Source of the DNA: Candidatus Moraniibacteriota bacterium
GTDB taxonomy: Bacteria; Patescibacteriota; Minisyncoccia; Moranbacterales; UBA9337
Assembly (NCBI GenBank): GCA_036584565.1
Contig: JAZHDF010000076.1
Span: 1-47,876 of the forward strand
Direction: 5' to 3'
Length of the DNA: 47,876 nt
The notes beneath the pieces were generated by a model. The model worked only from the letters and a program-made list of their open reading frames with translations. It did no database searches and was not told the origin of the DNA. Position 1 is the stretch's first letter; every line of letters begins with the position of its first letter. Below are positions 14,805 through 25,422 of this stretch, piece after piece. The position numbers and the translations under genes are program-made.

Positions 14805-16753
14805 TTAAAAAATTTAGATGGTGTTTTAAGTTTTTTGATTAGTCCTTTGGCTTGAACTTTTAATATTGTGAAATCCGTTTCCGCCGTGCCTGAATAAATA
14901 TGGAATTGAATTGCCCTCATTTTTTTATTTATTCTTTGAGCCTTTGGCACTGATGCTTGAGAATATGTTTTTGGCGTTTGATCATCTTCTCCAAACATAT
15001 ATTCCCCCCATAGACCATTGGTAAAATCAATATTTGAGACTGAATCGGTTATTTTTCTTGAGCCGAGAGATACAAAACCTTTTTTCTCATCAAGCCCCAA
15101 AACCTCAAAATATATCGTTCCGGTCGGTCGTCCCAATTCGACAAGCGCCTCTTGTACATTAGCAAAAACTCCCGAATCTTCCGAAACCGGAATCAATCCG
15201 CTTAACCAAGATTGATGAAAAGGCTGTCCGAGATCTCCTTTGATATTGGCCGATATTTCAATCAATTTATCCCCATTGTTCGGTATTCCGAGAAGTTTTG
15301 TTTTTCCGGTGCTTTCGGTTATTTCCAAGAATTTTTTAAAACCAACAGTCCATTTATAAAACCATTCGTTTTGCTCCGTATCTAGTCCGAAAATAATATC
15401 ATTTCCATTTCCTCCCTCTGATGCGGTAAATAAAATTTTTGAATCATACCAAATCCCGGCGATATTCTCGATATCTTGCAAATTTCTAAAAGATGGTCGT
15501 ATGTTTCCCGATAATTCTCCGGTGGATAATATATTGGTTACATTGGCTTTATTATTGAGCGAAAAAATTCCCCTACTGTTTGGGATATACAAAGAGTCAT
15601 TGGCATCCACTACGCCAAGCATGGCCACTGTTCCTATCGGCCCGGGAAGTCTTGTCGGTACCGGTATTACAATAGTCATATCGCCAATACTGGTTATTTC
15701 AAGCGGCACTTGCCAAATCCCACCAATTCCGGCTTTATTTCTCGTCAAAACTGTTGCCACGCTGTCCCCTTTTCCACTGCGAAAATGTCCGATCCATTCC
15801 AATTGTTCCCCCGTTCCCTCGATAAGTGGCTGATAACCTCCGCCGTAAAACTCCGAAAAAACCCCCATGTAAGTCCCTACCCCGCTCCAATAAATCATTT
15901 CATCGGTTATCCCCCATAATCTCGATCCGCTGTCCGCTACCATCTTAAAAATAGGCGCGCCGGTGGTGTTTCCCTCCGGGCAAGAATAATAAGGATTTTG
16001 TACTGTGGATCCGTCATCTTTAAAACTCGTCCCAGTCGTGGAAGTTTCCGCAAGCAACAATTCTTTGCCTGTCTCGTCTGCATAATATATCTGGTATCTT
16101 GTCGCTCCGCTGACTGCCACCCATGTCAAAGTTAAATATTCATTTGAGCCGGGTAACCATTGATTCCTCGGTTTATTAGTTGTTAATCCCACCTCCGCGC
16201 TCCCCTGTGTTTCTCCTACCTCGTTAAGCGCCGTTACTTTGTAATAATTATTATAAGCGCCAGCAGTCAAAACATTCCGTGCTAAAGCCGGGCCGGTTGG
16301 TGCCGTTAATTGCGTATATCTCAATAAATTAGTTCCGTCATATCTCGTCAATCTGTCTTTGCCGTTGCAAATATACAATTTATTGACTGACTGCTCAAAA
16401 CTGTATTTTGTCGCCGTTATGTCAAAAGTTGCTCCGGTGATTTCCGTCCAAGACCCTTGATCGACACTTTTATACGCCTTTCCATCCGTTCCGATTGCAA
16501 TCTTTTCCTCGACTTTCCCGGCTGTAATATAAACCCCACAATCTACAAAATCGCAAGGCAATTGACTGCCATAATAAGCCGTCCCCCATCTTGTTTTCCA
16601 TCGTCCATCTTGCACCAAAATCAAGTTTAGGGCCTCCTTTGCAAACTTGCTCCCCAAAATGACATCATCAAGCAAAGAGGCTAACCCCTTAAAAGTATCA
16701 ACGACTATTTTCCATGGTTGCTTTCCTCTTCTGACTGTTCTTATTATTTTCAT
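14801..16753 (-). CDS. Large tail protein (tail tubular B / nozzle-like candidate) with an FN3-like insert
   Basis: 650 aa. LTLTWVAVSGATRYQIYYA is an FN3 signature. Otherwise beta-rich. It lies between the adaptor-size ORF and the fibre. Confidence 0.45.
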   Translation of the reverse strand: MKIIRTVRRGKQPWKIVVDTFKGLASLLDDVILGSKFAKEALNLILVQDGRWKTRWGTAYYGSQLPCDFVDCGVYITAGKVEEKIAIGTDGKAYKSVDQGSWTEITGATFDITATKYSFEQSVNKLYICNGKDRLTRYDGTNLLRYTQLTAPTGPALARNVLTAGAYNNYYKVTALNEVGETQGSAEVGLTTNKPRNQWLPGSNEYLTLTWVAVSGATRYQIYYADETGKELLLAETSTTGTSFKDDGSTVQNPYYSCPEGNTTGAPIFKMVADSGSRLWGITDEMIYWSGVGTYMGVFSEFYGGGYQPLIEGTGEQLEWIGHFRSGKGDSVATVLTRNKAGIGGIWQVPLEITSIGDMTIVIPVPTRLPGPIGTVAMLGVVDANDSLYIPNSRGIFSLNNKANVTNILSTGELSGNIRPSFRNLQDIENIAGIWYDSKILFTASEGGNGNDIIFGLDTEQNEWFYKWTVGFKKFLEITESTGKTKLLGIPNNGDKLIEISANIKGDLGQPFHQSWLSGLIPVSEDSGVFANVQEALVELGRPTGTIYFEVLGLDEKKGFVSLGSRKITDSVSNIDFTNGLWGEYMFGEDDQTPKTYSQASVPKAQRINKKMRAIQFHIYSGTAETDFTILKVQAKGLIKKLKTPSKFFK

Positions 16754-16759
16754 AATTTT

Positions 16760-17383
16760 TTAGTTATTTAAACTCTTGTATTTCATTTGTTTTAATCTTT
16801 CTCCGGCTTGTGTCATATACGATTGATAAAGCACATCATCTTCATTATCCAAAAATAATTTTGCCAAGGCATAATCCTTGATAAACATCGGATTGGCCAT
16901 TTCCGGCTCCGCTGTTTCCTCTCCGGTGCTGTATCGGGTATGTTTTTTGATATAAGGAAGATCCATCGTTGCATTGGCCCCCGGCAAAGTCATCACTTTT
17001 CCGCCCTCCACCCAAAAAACAAAACTTGTGTTGTCCCCTTGTTGTTTTCTGGTTATCCCCTCATTGGCTCCGACTTCTTCGTATATTGCACCGCCGATTT
17101 CAATCGTGGGCCGACAAGATCCCAATTCTCGACTAAACCTCCCCATAAAAGACAAAAAATCACTCGGCAAATTATCCTCCCCGGTTCCGCCAAAGACAAA
17201 ATCAGTTTCAACTGTTTTTAGTTCCGGCCAAAAATAACCCTCTCTTACGCAATTTTCGTATTCCTCTATTGCATCGTTTATGTGATCAACTATAACAAGT
17301 AATTCCTCACTGCTTTTTTCGGGATAAGTTACATCTTTTGAAAATTGTCTATGAATTGTTTTAATCAAATTCTCTATCAACAT
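16760..17383 (-). CDS. Virion structural protein (adaptor / tail tubular A-size)
   Basis: 207 aa. The call rests on position and size only. Confidence 0.35.
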   Translation of the reverse strand: MLIENLIKTIHRQFSKDVTYPEKSSEELLVIVDHINDAIEEYENCVREGYFWPELKTVETDFVFGGTGEDNLPSDFLSFMGRFSRELGSCRPTIEIGGAIYEEVGANEGITRKQQGDNTSFVFWVEGGKVMTLPGANATMDLPYIKKHTRYSTGEETAEPEMANPMFIKDYALAKLFLDNEDDVLYQSYMTQAGERLKQMKYKSLNN

Positions 17384-17409
17384 ATTTTTTTAATTTAATT
17401 TATTATTTT
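17380..17409 (-). repeat. 30-nt conserved leader, family A, copy 1
   Basis: acatatttttttaatttaatttattatttt is identical to 26050-26079. A degenerate third copy lies at 31584-31606. Confidence 0.9.
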
Positions 17410-20400
17410 CTCCGGCTTACTTTGGTTATTCTTTTTTTCGGGATAAAAAATGTTCTCTGTCCTCCGACTTGTCGCTTAAAGTTTAGTCTGCTCAATCTGT
17501 CCTTAATTTTCATAAAATCCTTATTGATCAACGGATATTTAAATTTATCCTCTAGCGCTTTCGCTACTTTCGGTTTGGTAAATCCTCCGTAACCTTGATA
17601 TTTTTGGTATTCCGATAAAAGAGTTTCCATCTTGCCTTGAATCTCGACTTTTTCGAGTTCGTCAATATTAGGATCCGATAATGAATTATTAAGCGCCTCG
17701 ATCTGCTTTTCCGCTACACCCAACCAATTATTGATATCCTTGCTTTTTTTAAACAAACTTAATTGTGCCGTGTAAGGCATCGAATTAAATTTATTTTTGC
17801 TTATCTCACTAACTGTTCCATCTTCCGATTTTCTCAAGACTGTATCACCAAGATCAACAAAGTTTTGATCCGAGTTTTTAAACTCATCTTTGATCAATTC
17901 TTTTTGCGCTTTTTCTTGTGTTGGAAAATCTTTATCAAGAGACTTTACATAATATTTTCCGTTGGATAATTGATAGATATCATCATCAATCCGCCCTCCT
18001 TTAGCGACATTTTTATTTTTTCTTAAATCTTCCTTTTCTTTGTTTGCCTCTCTGTCCGTCTTGATTGAGTTAAAATAATCTCTATCATTTCCCATCATCT
18101 TAAATTTTTCCCCTTGCAAGTCGCTCAATGGCTTTTGTTCGTTATTGTAATAATCCCTTACTTCTCCCATCGCATTTTTACCAAACATCAAACCTTGCAT
18201 AATATTTGTAATATCTCTATCAACCGGAGTCATTATTTGACCGGATCCGCTTTCGGCATATCCGTCCTTGAGAGTCTTTGCTCCGCTGATTGTTTTTTCA
18301 ATTTGTTTTCCACCAAACGGAGTCCCCAAAGTTGTCAAAATATTCTGCGGATTTTTAAAAGCTGAAAACATCGGCAATCCTCCGGTACCGAATCTTGTCG
18401 GATCTCCCTCGCCAAAAAGCTCTTTTCTCGGAATTTTTTTTCTTTCTCCGGTGGCCTCATCTTTGGCCCCAATTTTCCAACCATATTCCGGATATATCGC
18501 CGCCAAACTCTGCCCTCCGGGAACATTGGAAACAACCTCTCCAACCATTCTGCCCCCGACTTTGATTGCTCCGGTGGTTTTATCCTCCTCCTCTTTGTAT
18601 TCGTTCATAGCCTCAATCATCGCATTAAAAGGATCAAAAGAAACATCCGATCCTCTGACTTCTTTGACTATTCTATTCATCACAAAACTAGCCACTGTAA
18701 ATTCCATCATTTTTTTGGCTAGGGTTAATTTTTGCGGATTGTCTCCGGCGATATCCTTGAGCGCATACCACATATTGGCCACTTCCAATTGAAAAGGCAT
18801 CGTCATTTGAATAATTTTTGCTTTTTGGTCAAGCGGTACCTCTCCGATCCCTCTCCCGGCAACCATTTTTCTTGTCCAATCATCCGCATATTTTATCGGA
18901 TTGTCGATTCCCTCATTTAAAGCCTTGTTATAATGAGCGTTCCAAATAAATTTTGTTCCTATTTTATCGCCTATTCCGGTAATCCAAGATGCCATATTTC
19001 TCGTATTAGCCAATAATCCCTCGTCAAAATCATCATATCCCCTAAAATACCTTTCCTTGATAAAAGTTGATTTGTTTATCGGGCTTTTTTTGTTGAAAAC
19101 ATCCGCCAAAGTCATTCCAACTCCCTTGATTGAATTTCTCGCTCCGGCGCTTGTTACTCCCTGCGGAAGATTGAAAAACTGCGCCAAAGAACTTGATAAG
19201 TTACCCAAAACGGCATTTGCTTTAAACCTTTTATTGGCAAAATCGGCAACACTCAAAATTTTTCTTCCAACTCTATTTTGTAGCCACCTATCCGCCGACT
19301 TTGTTTTTCCGGCAAGATCATTTGCATATTCATCGACAAACTTCAAAAAGTTATTAAGTTTATTTTCCGACACATCCGCGCTTGCCTTAAACCCCATATT
19401 TTCCAAAATATTCTGCTTATTTTTAGCGGTTTTATTTTGAATAAATTTTTTAACTTCTTGATAATCATCTAATTTCAATAATTCTTTAGCCATCCAGTCC
19501 GCCTGACTCTCACTCACTTTACTGGCTGTTAAAATTTCCTTGATTTTGTTAATATCTCCGGTTTCGACTATTTTTTGAATCGGATCCATTTTCTTTGATA
19601 ATTCCTCCGCTAATCCGATTGTTTCATGCATATAAGCGCCGTTTCCCAATTCTTTTTTTGCTTCGGTATCGACACCCCTGAATTTTTGGATATATGGATC
19701 AATATTTTTGGCGTAAGCGTATTTTCTCAAATAATCCAAATATCCCTCTACCGCTCCGAGATCATTGGCGTTTCCCTCTCTTCTTTGGCCAAAAGATAAC
19801 CATTTTGTTTTTGGTTTCGTAAATTCAGAAGATAAAGCCAAAGACGGATCAATATTTGATGAATTTTCAAACATATTCATCAAGCCCTCAAAACCCTCCA
19901 TATTTTGTCCGTGTCGATAATAATCCTTTCGCTCCGGGATTATTTTTGTACTTTCCGGATATAGCGGATGCGTTGGAAAAAATGCCTCCCTAGTCATGTT
20001 TAAATCGCCCAATAATTTTGAGTATTGAGTCCTAAACCATTTGTCCGCCTCTACGATATTTTTCCAATCTTTCGGAAATTTAAGTTTTAATTCCTCCAGT
20101 CCTATTTTTCCCTCGCCAAAATCAACAATCGCTTTATCCGCTTTGCTCCCCTTGGTTATTCCGAATCTTTGAACAATGTTTTTGTTTAAATCATCTAAAA
20201 GAGTTTTTTGCTCATCGATATATCGCCCCTTTGCATTGTCAAAAGGATCAAGTAATCTTTCCTTTATTTTCGGATAATCTTTGCCAAAAACCACCTCAAA
20301 ATTACGAGTTGCATCTCTCCATCCGGTCATTAAAGGGTTTATGTCTTTGAGATTTTGTGGATCTATGTCCCTCAAAAAGTTAGTATTGAGTGCGTTTTTG

Positions 20401-23400
20401 CGCTCATAATAGTCCTTGAGGCTTGTCCATGGTACTTCCTTATTGATAATTAAATCCATCCGCTCAAAGTCCATTTTATCGATCTCCGCTTTCGGATAAC
20501 CGAGTTTGCTCAATTTTTCAATCCTTTTTATCTCATCGATTCCCTTTTTATTTATTTCATTTTTTCTATAACCGATCCTCAACAATTCATTGCCTCGATT
20601 AAGTACTTCCCCGATTTTTTTAATTCTGTCCCCTTTAGCTTGATAAGCCCTTTGTTGGTATTGGTTAAATCCGCCCTCCGGGATAAAAGGGTTTTTACTA
20701 AACTCATCACCGATAAACGGCACATCCTCCACTCTCGACACTTTCGGCTCCGCCGGCATTTCCGCTTTCATTTTTACCGCCAAAGGTTTAAGCCTCTCTA
20801 TTTCCCTCTCAAGTTCGAGATATGCCGGATCTTTCAACAATTCCTTGCGTGCGATACTTCTCGGAGATATCAATATTTGATTATTTTCTCCGGCTTGTAT
20901 TATGTGATTTAAATAGTCTTCCCCACGATCAAAACCTGACGCGCTGGCCAAAGAGTCAATCTCAATTTTTCTTTTCCATCCTTGCCCCTCGTATTCTCTT
21001 GATTTTTTGGCATCCGCTACTATAAACCGTCCGTCTTTTTCAAGTAAAAATCCCTCGCCCATATCATCATATATCTGCCTTTCCTTGCGATAAATAGGAT
21101 TGTTTCTTATTCCGCTCAATATATCTTTATTGATTGGATCTTGCATTTCCGCTTTAACTTCCATTTCCGCTATTTTTTTATAGCCCTCCTCGCTTTTTAA
21201 GAAAGTGTCAATCGTTTCCTTTTTATACTTTTGATATTCTGACAATTTTTCGATCGGATTTTCTTCTACTTTCGGCTTTATTGTCGGCGTTGGCTCGATA
21301 ACCGGAGATACCTCTTTAACCGGAGGCATACCGGAGTTTTTAGCTTTTTTAGGGTCTAAAAAGGGATTTCCTGTGGTTTTATTAGCCTCTATATCACTCT
21401 TTAATTTCAATAAGTCATTTTTACTTGAATTTAAATCGACATCTACACCATTTTTTCTTAGATATCTCTTTAATTGGACTATTTCCCTTAAATCGTCTTG
21501 AGAATTTATCCCTCTCAATTTATCATTTTTATTTTGAATAATACTTGCTAACTCTTGTAATCTGCTTTGCTCATTCGGAGTTAAAAATGATGTTTCGGTA
21601 TTATTTTCTTGTGTTGCTTGTTGTGTCGGATTTTTTTTCCAAAAATCTTTATGTAATTTTTCGGCTTTTTGTGATAAATTTTCAAATTCGGCTTCCGGTG
21701 TCTTTTTTGGTTGGATAAATGGATTTGTTTTTTGAGATTTTATGAAATCCGCATATTCCGCTTGCTTTCTCCTTGCATCAACTTCTCTTTGGCTTTCATA
21801 TTTTTTTATAAAATCTCCTTTTGCATCCCTTATAATTTCATCACTCTCATCTTTAAAATTGCCTCTTATATCTTGTTTGGCATGCTGTATCTCGTGGACA
21901 ATTGTTCCTCTTAGTTTTTCCGGATCTTTTTCATATAATTTAGAATTGATAAAAATAGTATCTCCCTTGCGCATTCCCCTTTTTTCGTTAGTATGAAAAT
22001 CTGCAAAAACAACATTTATATTTTTTAATGTTGGATATTTTTCATATAATATAGGATCATCCAATACCTTATCCAAAGAATAAATACCTTTAAAATCTTT
22101 TCCAATATCCACTCCCTTATGTCCATATTTTTTTAAAGAAAAATTAAGATCTTTCATTTTATCTACTGTAAAATATGAGATCCCATAAATATCCGCTTTA
22201 TTTCGCATAAATTGATCTGTTGTGGCGGACATAAAAGGATTTTCATTTTTCCCCGACAAATCAAGATTGGTAAATTTGCCAAACTTCGCTTTTGGTTTTA
22301 CTTCTGATATTATCGCTTTATTTTCTACATTGACGGCTGGTTTTGATTTATTTGCCAATTCTGATTTAAACTTATCGACTACTCTTTTCATTGTGTTAAT
22401 ACCTTCCAATTCCGATTTTTTGACTTTTATTCCTCTTTTCTCTTTTAATTCAATCCTCTTTTTTGCTGTTTCTATTGCATACTCATACAATTTAATATTT
22501 GAGTTTAGCTCATCATCTTCGGTTTTATAAATTGATTTTCTTTCGGCGGTTCCGGCTGTTCTCTTCGGCTGTTTTTCGAGATATTTTTGTTTGGCAATAT
22601 AATTGTTTCTGCTCAAACTATTTTTAAATTTCATTTCCGGCGCTTTTACATCCTTTGGCGATACAAAACCCTCCTCCGTTTTATTGAGGTTTAATTTTTG
22701 GTTTATTTTTTGATTATTTACTGTTTCCTGCGCTTTTTTGTTTTTTAAAGCTATCTTTTTATCAAAATCCATTACCCCGGATGATTTTTTAACCGGTTTT
22801 GATGATATTATTTTAGGTTTGGTACTATTTACATCCAAGACATTGAGTCCGGGCCTGATAGTCAATATTTTTCCGGTGATACTTTGCGGTTTAAAAGGAT
22901 CTTTGATTGTTTGAATATATCTTTTGCCGGTTGGTACGCTCATTGTTACATTTTGGCCGTCCACTATTGCGCCATTCGGCACCTCTTTAGTTTCATTGAC
23001 AATCCTTTTTTTGTATGGATTTTTTAACCGGTGTATATCATCGGCGATATTCATCGCCTCTTTTTTAACTCCGTCCTTTGTTTTTCTTGCCACCACTCCT
23101 GATCCGGCCCCCAATCCTCCCAATACCATCCCTCCTGTTGCCCCTATTACTGTTCCGCTTACTCCGCCCTTACCGGCGTTTTTAAACTGTTCTTTCAAAT
23201 TGTCGCCTTGCTGGACTCCGTGCAATGATCCGGAAACTCCACCATAAATTGCTCCCTCTTTGGCTCCTCTTTTGGCTCCGGTTTTGACAACATCCATTAT
23301 CCCGGTTTTAGCTCCGGTTTTAGTTAATGTTTTAAAGCCTTTAACCGCCAAATCTTTGGTTAATTTTCCACCACCAAGCATCGACCCGATATCTACCCCG

Positions 23401-23756
23401 ATATTGGCCGCCTCGGCTCCTCTTTTAAGCGCATAGGATGGAGTCGCTTTTACTTTTCCATAATCTTTAAGTGATCCGCTGACTGTACTTGATGGAATAT
23501 TCATTACAAATTGCGGAATTTCCGCCGCAAAACGACCCACCGGATTTTTTATTTTTTCCGCAAAATTAAATTTTGGAAAATTTTCCGCTTTCTGGGAAAA
23601 GTTGGTTAAGCCCTGATCTGCTTTTTTAAGCCAATCGGGGGCTTGATTCGCTCTCTTGAGGGTGTTTTTTACCTCTCCGGCAAGATTGCCCAAGCTGGTT
23701 TTGGCTCCATCCGTCAATGCTTTTTTCTTTTTTCTAAAAAAATCTACAAGCGACAT
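17403..23756 (-). CDS. Giant virion-associated multidomain ('polyvalent'/ejection-type) protein with a zincin HExxH motif
   Basis: 2117 aa uninterrupted. Gly-rich hydrophobic N-terminus (GGMVLGGLGAGSGVV). HEIQH at aa 621-625 (nt 21882-21896) in the context RGTIVHEIQHAKQD. The rest is long and helical. Confidence 0.6.
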   Translation of the reverse strand: MSLVDFFRKKKKALTDGAKTSLGNLAGEVKNTLKRANQAPDWLKKADQGLTNFSQKAENFPKFNFAEKIKNPVGRFAAEIPQFVMNIPSSTVSGSLKDYGKVKATPSYALKRGAEAANIGVDIGSMLGGGKLTKDLAVKGFKTLTKTGAKTGIMDVVKTGAKRGAKEGAIYGGVSGSLHGVQQGDNLKEQFKNAGKGGVSGTVIGATGGMVLGGLGAGSGVVARKTKDGVKKEAMNIADDIHRLKNPYKKRIVNETKEVPNGAIVDGQNVTMSVPTGKRYIQTIKDPFKPQSITGKILTIRPGLNVLDVNSTKPKIISSKPVKKSSGVMDFDKKIALKNKKAQETVNNQKINQKLNLNKTEEGFVSPKDVKAPEMKFKNSLSRNNYIAKQKYLEKQPKRTAGTAERKSIYKTEDDELNSNIKLYEYAIETAKKRIELKEKRGIKVKKSELEGINTMKRVVDKFKSELANKSKPAVNVENKAIISEVKPKAKFGKFTNLDLSGKNENPFMSATTDQFMRNKADIYGISYFTVDKMKDLNFSLKKYGHKGVDIGKDFKGIYSLDKVLDDPILYEKYPTLKNINVVFADFHTNEKRGMRKGDTIFINSKLYEKDPEKLRGTIVHEIQHAKQDIRGNFKDESDEIIRDAKGDFIKKYESQREVDARRKQAEYADFIKSQKTNPFIQPKKTPEAEFENLSQKAEKLHKDFWKKNPTQQATQENNTETSFLTPNEQSRLQELASIIQNKNDKLRGINSQDDLREIVQLKRYLRKNGVDVDLNSSKNDLLKLKSDIEANKTTGNPFLDPKKAKNSGMPPVKEVSPVIEPTPTIKPKVEENPIEKLSEYQKYKKETIDTFLKSEEGYKKIAEMEVKAEMQDPINKDILSGIRNNPIYRKERQIYDDMGEGFLLEKDGRFIVADAKKSREYEGQGWKRKIEIDSLASASGFDRGEDYLNHIIQAGENNQILISPRSIARKELLKDPAYLELEREIERLKPLAVKMKAEMPAEPKVSRVEDVPFIGDEFSKNPFIPEGGFNQYQQRAYQAKGDRIKKIGEVLNRGNELLRIGYRKNEINKKGIDEIKRIEKLSKLGYPKAEIDKMDFERMDLIINKEVPWTSLKDYYERKNALNTNFLRDIDPQNLKDINPLMTGWRDATRNFEVVFGKDYPKIKERLLDPFDNAKGRYIDEQKTLLDDLNKNIVQRFGITKGSKADKAIVDFGEGKIGLEELKLKFPKDWKNIVEADKWFRTQYSKLLGDLNMTREAFFPTHPLYPESTKIIPERKDYYRHGQNMEGFEGLMNMFENSSNIDPSLALSSEFTKPKTKWLSFGQRREGNANDLGAVEGYLDYLRKYAYAKNIDPYIQKFRGVDTEAKKELGNGAYMHETIGLAEELSKKMDPIQKIVETGDINKIKEILTASKVSESQADWMAKELLKLDDYQEVKKFIQNKTAKNKQNILENMGFKASADVSENKLNNFLKFVDEYANDLAGKTKSADRWLQNRVGRKILSVADFANKRFKANAVLGNLSSSLAQFFNLPQGVTSAGARNSIKGVGMTLADVFNKKSPINKSTFIKERYFRGYDDFDEGLLANTRNMASWITGIGDKIGTKFIWNAHYNKALNEGIDNPIKYADDWTRKMVAGRGIGEVPLDQKAKIIQMTMPFQLEVANMWYALKDIAGDNPQKLTLAKKMMEFTVASFVMNRIVKEVRGSDVSFDPFNAMIEAMNEYKEEEDKTTGAIKVGGRMVGEVVSNVPGGQSLAAIYPEYGWKIGAKDEATGERKKIPRKELFGEGDPTRFGTGGLPMFSAFKNPQNILTTLGTPFGGKQIEKTISGAKTLKDGYAESGSGQIMTPVDRDITNIMQGLMFGKNAMGEVRDYYNNEQKPLSDLQGEKFKMMGNDRDYFNSIKTDREANKEKEDLRKNKNVAKGGRIDDDIYQLSNGKYYVKSLDKDFPTQEKAQKELIKDEFKNSDQNFVDLGDTVLRKSEDGTVSEISKNKFNSMPYTAQLSLFKKSKDINNWLGVAEKQIEALNNSLSDPNIDELEKVEIQGKMETLLSEYQKYQGYGGFTKPKVAKALEDKFKYPLINKDFMKIKDRLSRLNFKRQVGGQRTFFIPKKRITKVSRRK

Positions 23757-23775
23757 TTTTTTTATTTTTTAATTT

Positions 23776-24978
23776 TTACGCCATCAATTCTTCCTCATCC
23801 TCATAAATAGGATTTCCCAAAACATCATATCCCTTAACAATTCTTTTTTTGCCCTTATTATTCGGATCATACCAATCCTCGGCGTTTTCCGGATTTTCGA
23901 GATCTATATTCTCGTTAAATTCGGGAGTGTCTAATTCTGCCGGTGCGCTTATATCGATTGAGGCCACATTGAGGGCATCCGCACTACCTCCGAACTCTTT
24001 CATTTTGTTTTCCAATCCGGCTCTGAAATTGCTGGCGCTATCTTTTATGTAAGAAATTGACGACATCAAGCCTTGCAAGTTTTCAGTTGATTTTGCTTCA
24101 ATATCTTCCTTTTCCCATCCGCCTTTTTTCTTCTTAAGTCTATCGAGTGCTTTTTTCTGCTCGTTGTAGTCTTCCCAAGCCTGCTTAAGCGCTTCTTCTT
24201 CCCATGTATCGGCTTGAGCGGAAAGAGTGTTATATTCTTCGCTGGCCTTTGTAGCATTTTGATTTTGCTCGCTTATTTGATCGCCAAATCCTCGCAATAG
24301 TCCGGCTCTTTGTTTTCCGGCGCTCTTTGCAATCGCTCGAGATGCCATTTTGCTTGCGCTTCCGCCACTGGCGCCTTTGATGCCAAGCATTATGTTTGTA
24401 TTATCGACATTTTGTCTCAAATCTCCGGCGAGATCGTCAAGCGCTCCCTTTTGGTTTTTTTGAATCAATTCTTTGTTTCCGGAAATAGCGGAATCGGTTT
24501 TTCCCTTATAATTATTGAGGGCGTTAATATATTGTTTTTTAACTTCTCCTAGATTGGATATATAGTTTTTTGATTTATTGACCCAGTTTTCCGCATCTTT
24601 TAACTCATCTCCGGCATCGTCCCATCCCTTGCCTATTTGAGATATAATTTTACTATCGTTATTATTAGCCGATCCGCCTCCGCTTGAGCTTCCGCCATAA
24701 GAACTATTTGATGATTTATTGTCATTTATCGCCGGAAACTGACTGATTGGAGTCATATATTGAGATGAATTATTTGACCCGGTTTTTTTGGCTTGACTCT
24801 CTTGCCATTCCCTAATACTTGAGTCGTTCATATCAATATCACTATCATCCGCCATTGCTGTCGGCCACAATAAACCGACGGCCGTCCCTACTCCGGGAAT
24901 AGCCTTTGTGCCTATTTTTGATCCAACTTTGGCCGCGCCTGACTTTATTGCATTTGCTATTGTTCCTAAACTTGCCAT
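23776..24978 (-). CDS. Virion/internal protein candidate (Gly/Ser-rich, coiled-coil)
   Basis: 400 aa. Hydrophobic Gly-rich N-terminus, low-complexity SSGGG region and an acidic C-terminus. It lies immediately upstream of the giant gene. Confidence 0.4.
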   Translation of the reverse strand: MASLGTIANAIKSGAAKVGSKIGTKAIPGVGTAVGLLWPTAMADDSDIDMNDSSIREWQESQAKKTGSNNSSQYMTPISQFPAINDNKSSNSSYGGSSSGGGSANNNDSKIISQIGKGWDDAGDELKDAENWVNKSKNYISNLGEVKKQYINALNNYKGKTDSAISGNKELIQKNQKGALDDLAGDLRQNVDNTNIMLGIKGASGGSASKMASRAIAKSAGKQRAGLLRGFGDQISEQNQNATKASEEYNTLSAQADTWEEEALKQAWEDYNEQKKALDRLKKKKGGWEKEDIEAKSTENLQGLMSSISYIKDSASNFRAGLENKMKEFGGSADALNVASIDISAPAELDTPEFNENIDLENPENAEDWYDPNNKGKKRIVKGYDVLGNPIYEDEEELMA

Positions 24979-24993
24979 ATTTTTATTTGGTTA

Positions 24994-25030
24994 TTGACAA
25001 TATTGCGATTTTACGCAATAATGCTATAAT
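24994..25030 (+). promoter_or_regulatory. Promoter(s) plus palindromic operator for the + strand moron
   Basis: TTGACA (24994-24999)-17-AATAAT and TTGCGA (25003-25008)-16-TATAAT (25025-25030). The palindrome attgcg-N6-cgcaat (25002-25019) overlaps both. Confidence 0.5.
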
Positions 25031-25059
25031 TTAATTACTTAATTTATTACTTCTTATAT

Positions 25060-25419
25060 ATGAAAAATTTATTTAAAAATTTGCTTGTTTTTGTTTATGC
25101 TATATTTGGGCTTTCCTTGCCTCTCCTTTTCGTTGGAGAAAATACCGATCTGTCTTCTAAATTGATTTATTCTTCGCTTTACATTTTGTCCGGTTTCTTG
25201 TTTATATATTTTGGTCAATTATTCGCCACCGACAAGAAAAAAACAGTTTATATTTTGACAAAAATCGGTGTTTATTTTTTCGGATTTATTCTTTTATTCG
25301 GTGTTTTAATGTCCCTTATATTTTTTGATAAATTTTCAAAAATAGCATGGGAATCGGCATTTACATTTGCAATTTTATCCGGCGTAATAACCGCCAATCA
25401 ATTATTGTTAAAAAAATAA
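25060..25419 (+). CDS. Four-TM membrane protein (moron; superinfection-exclusion candidate)
   Basis: 119 aa with four hydrophobic helices. It is on the strand opposite to all other phage genes. Confidence 0.6.
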   Translation: MKNLFKNLLVFVYAIFGLSLPLLFVGENTDLSSKLIYSSLYILSGFLFIYFGQLFATDKKKTVYILTKIGVYFFGFILLFGVLMSLIFFDKFSKIAWESAFTFAILSGVITANQLLLKK

Positions 25420-25422
25420 ACT

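Noticed and set aside
18268-18792. Long antisense ORFs inside well-supported genes. Examples are 18268-18792, 19057-19440, 12649-13062, 15501-15833, 35343-35702, 9103-9498, 6549-6911, 4603-4908 and 28214-28537.
   Set aside because: Each lies fully within a longer ORF on the other strand that has clear motifs or module context. Their translations are low-complexity and hydrophobic (Phe/Ile/Leu/Ser-rich), as expected from antisense frames of AT-rich coding DNA. None has an SD or a promoter.
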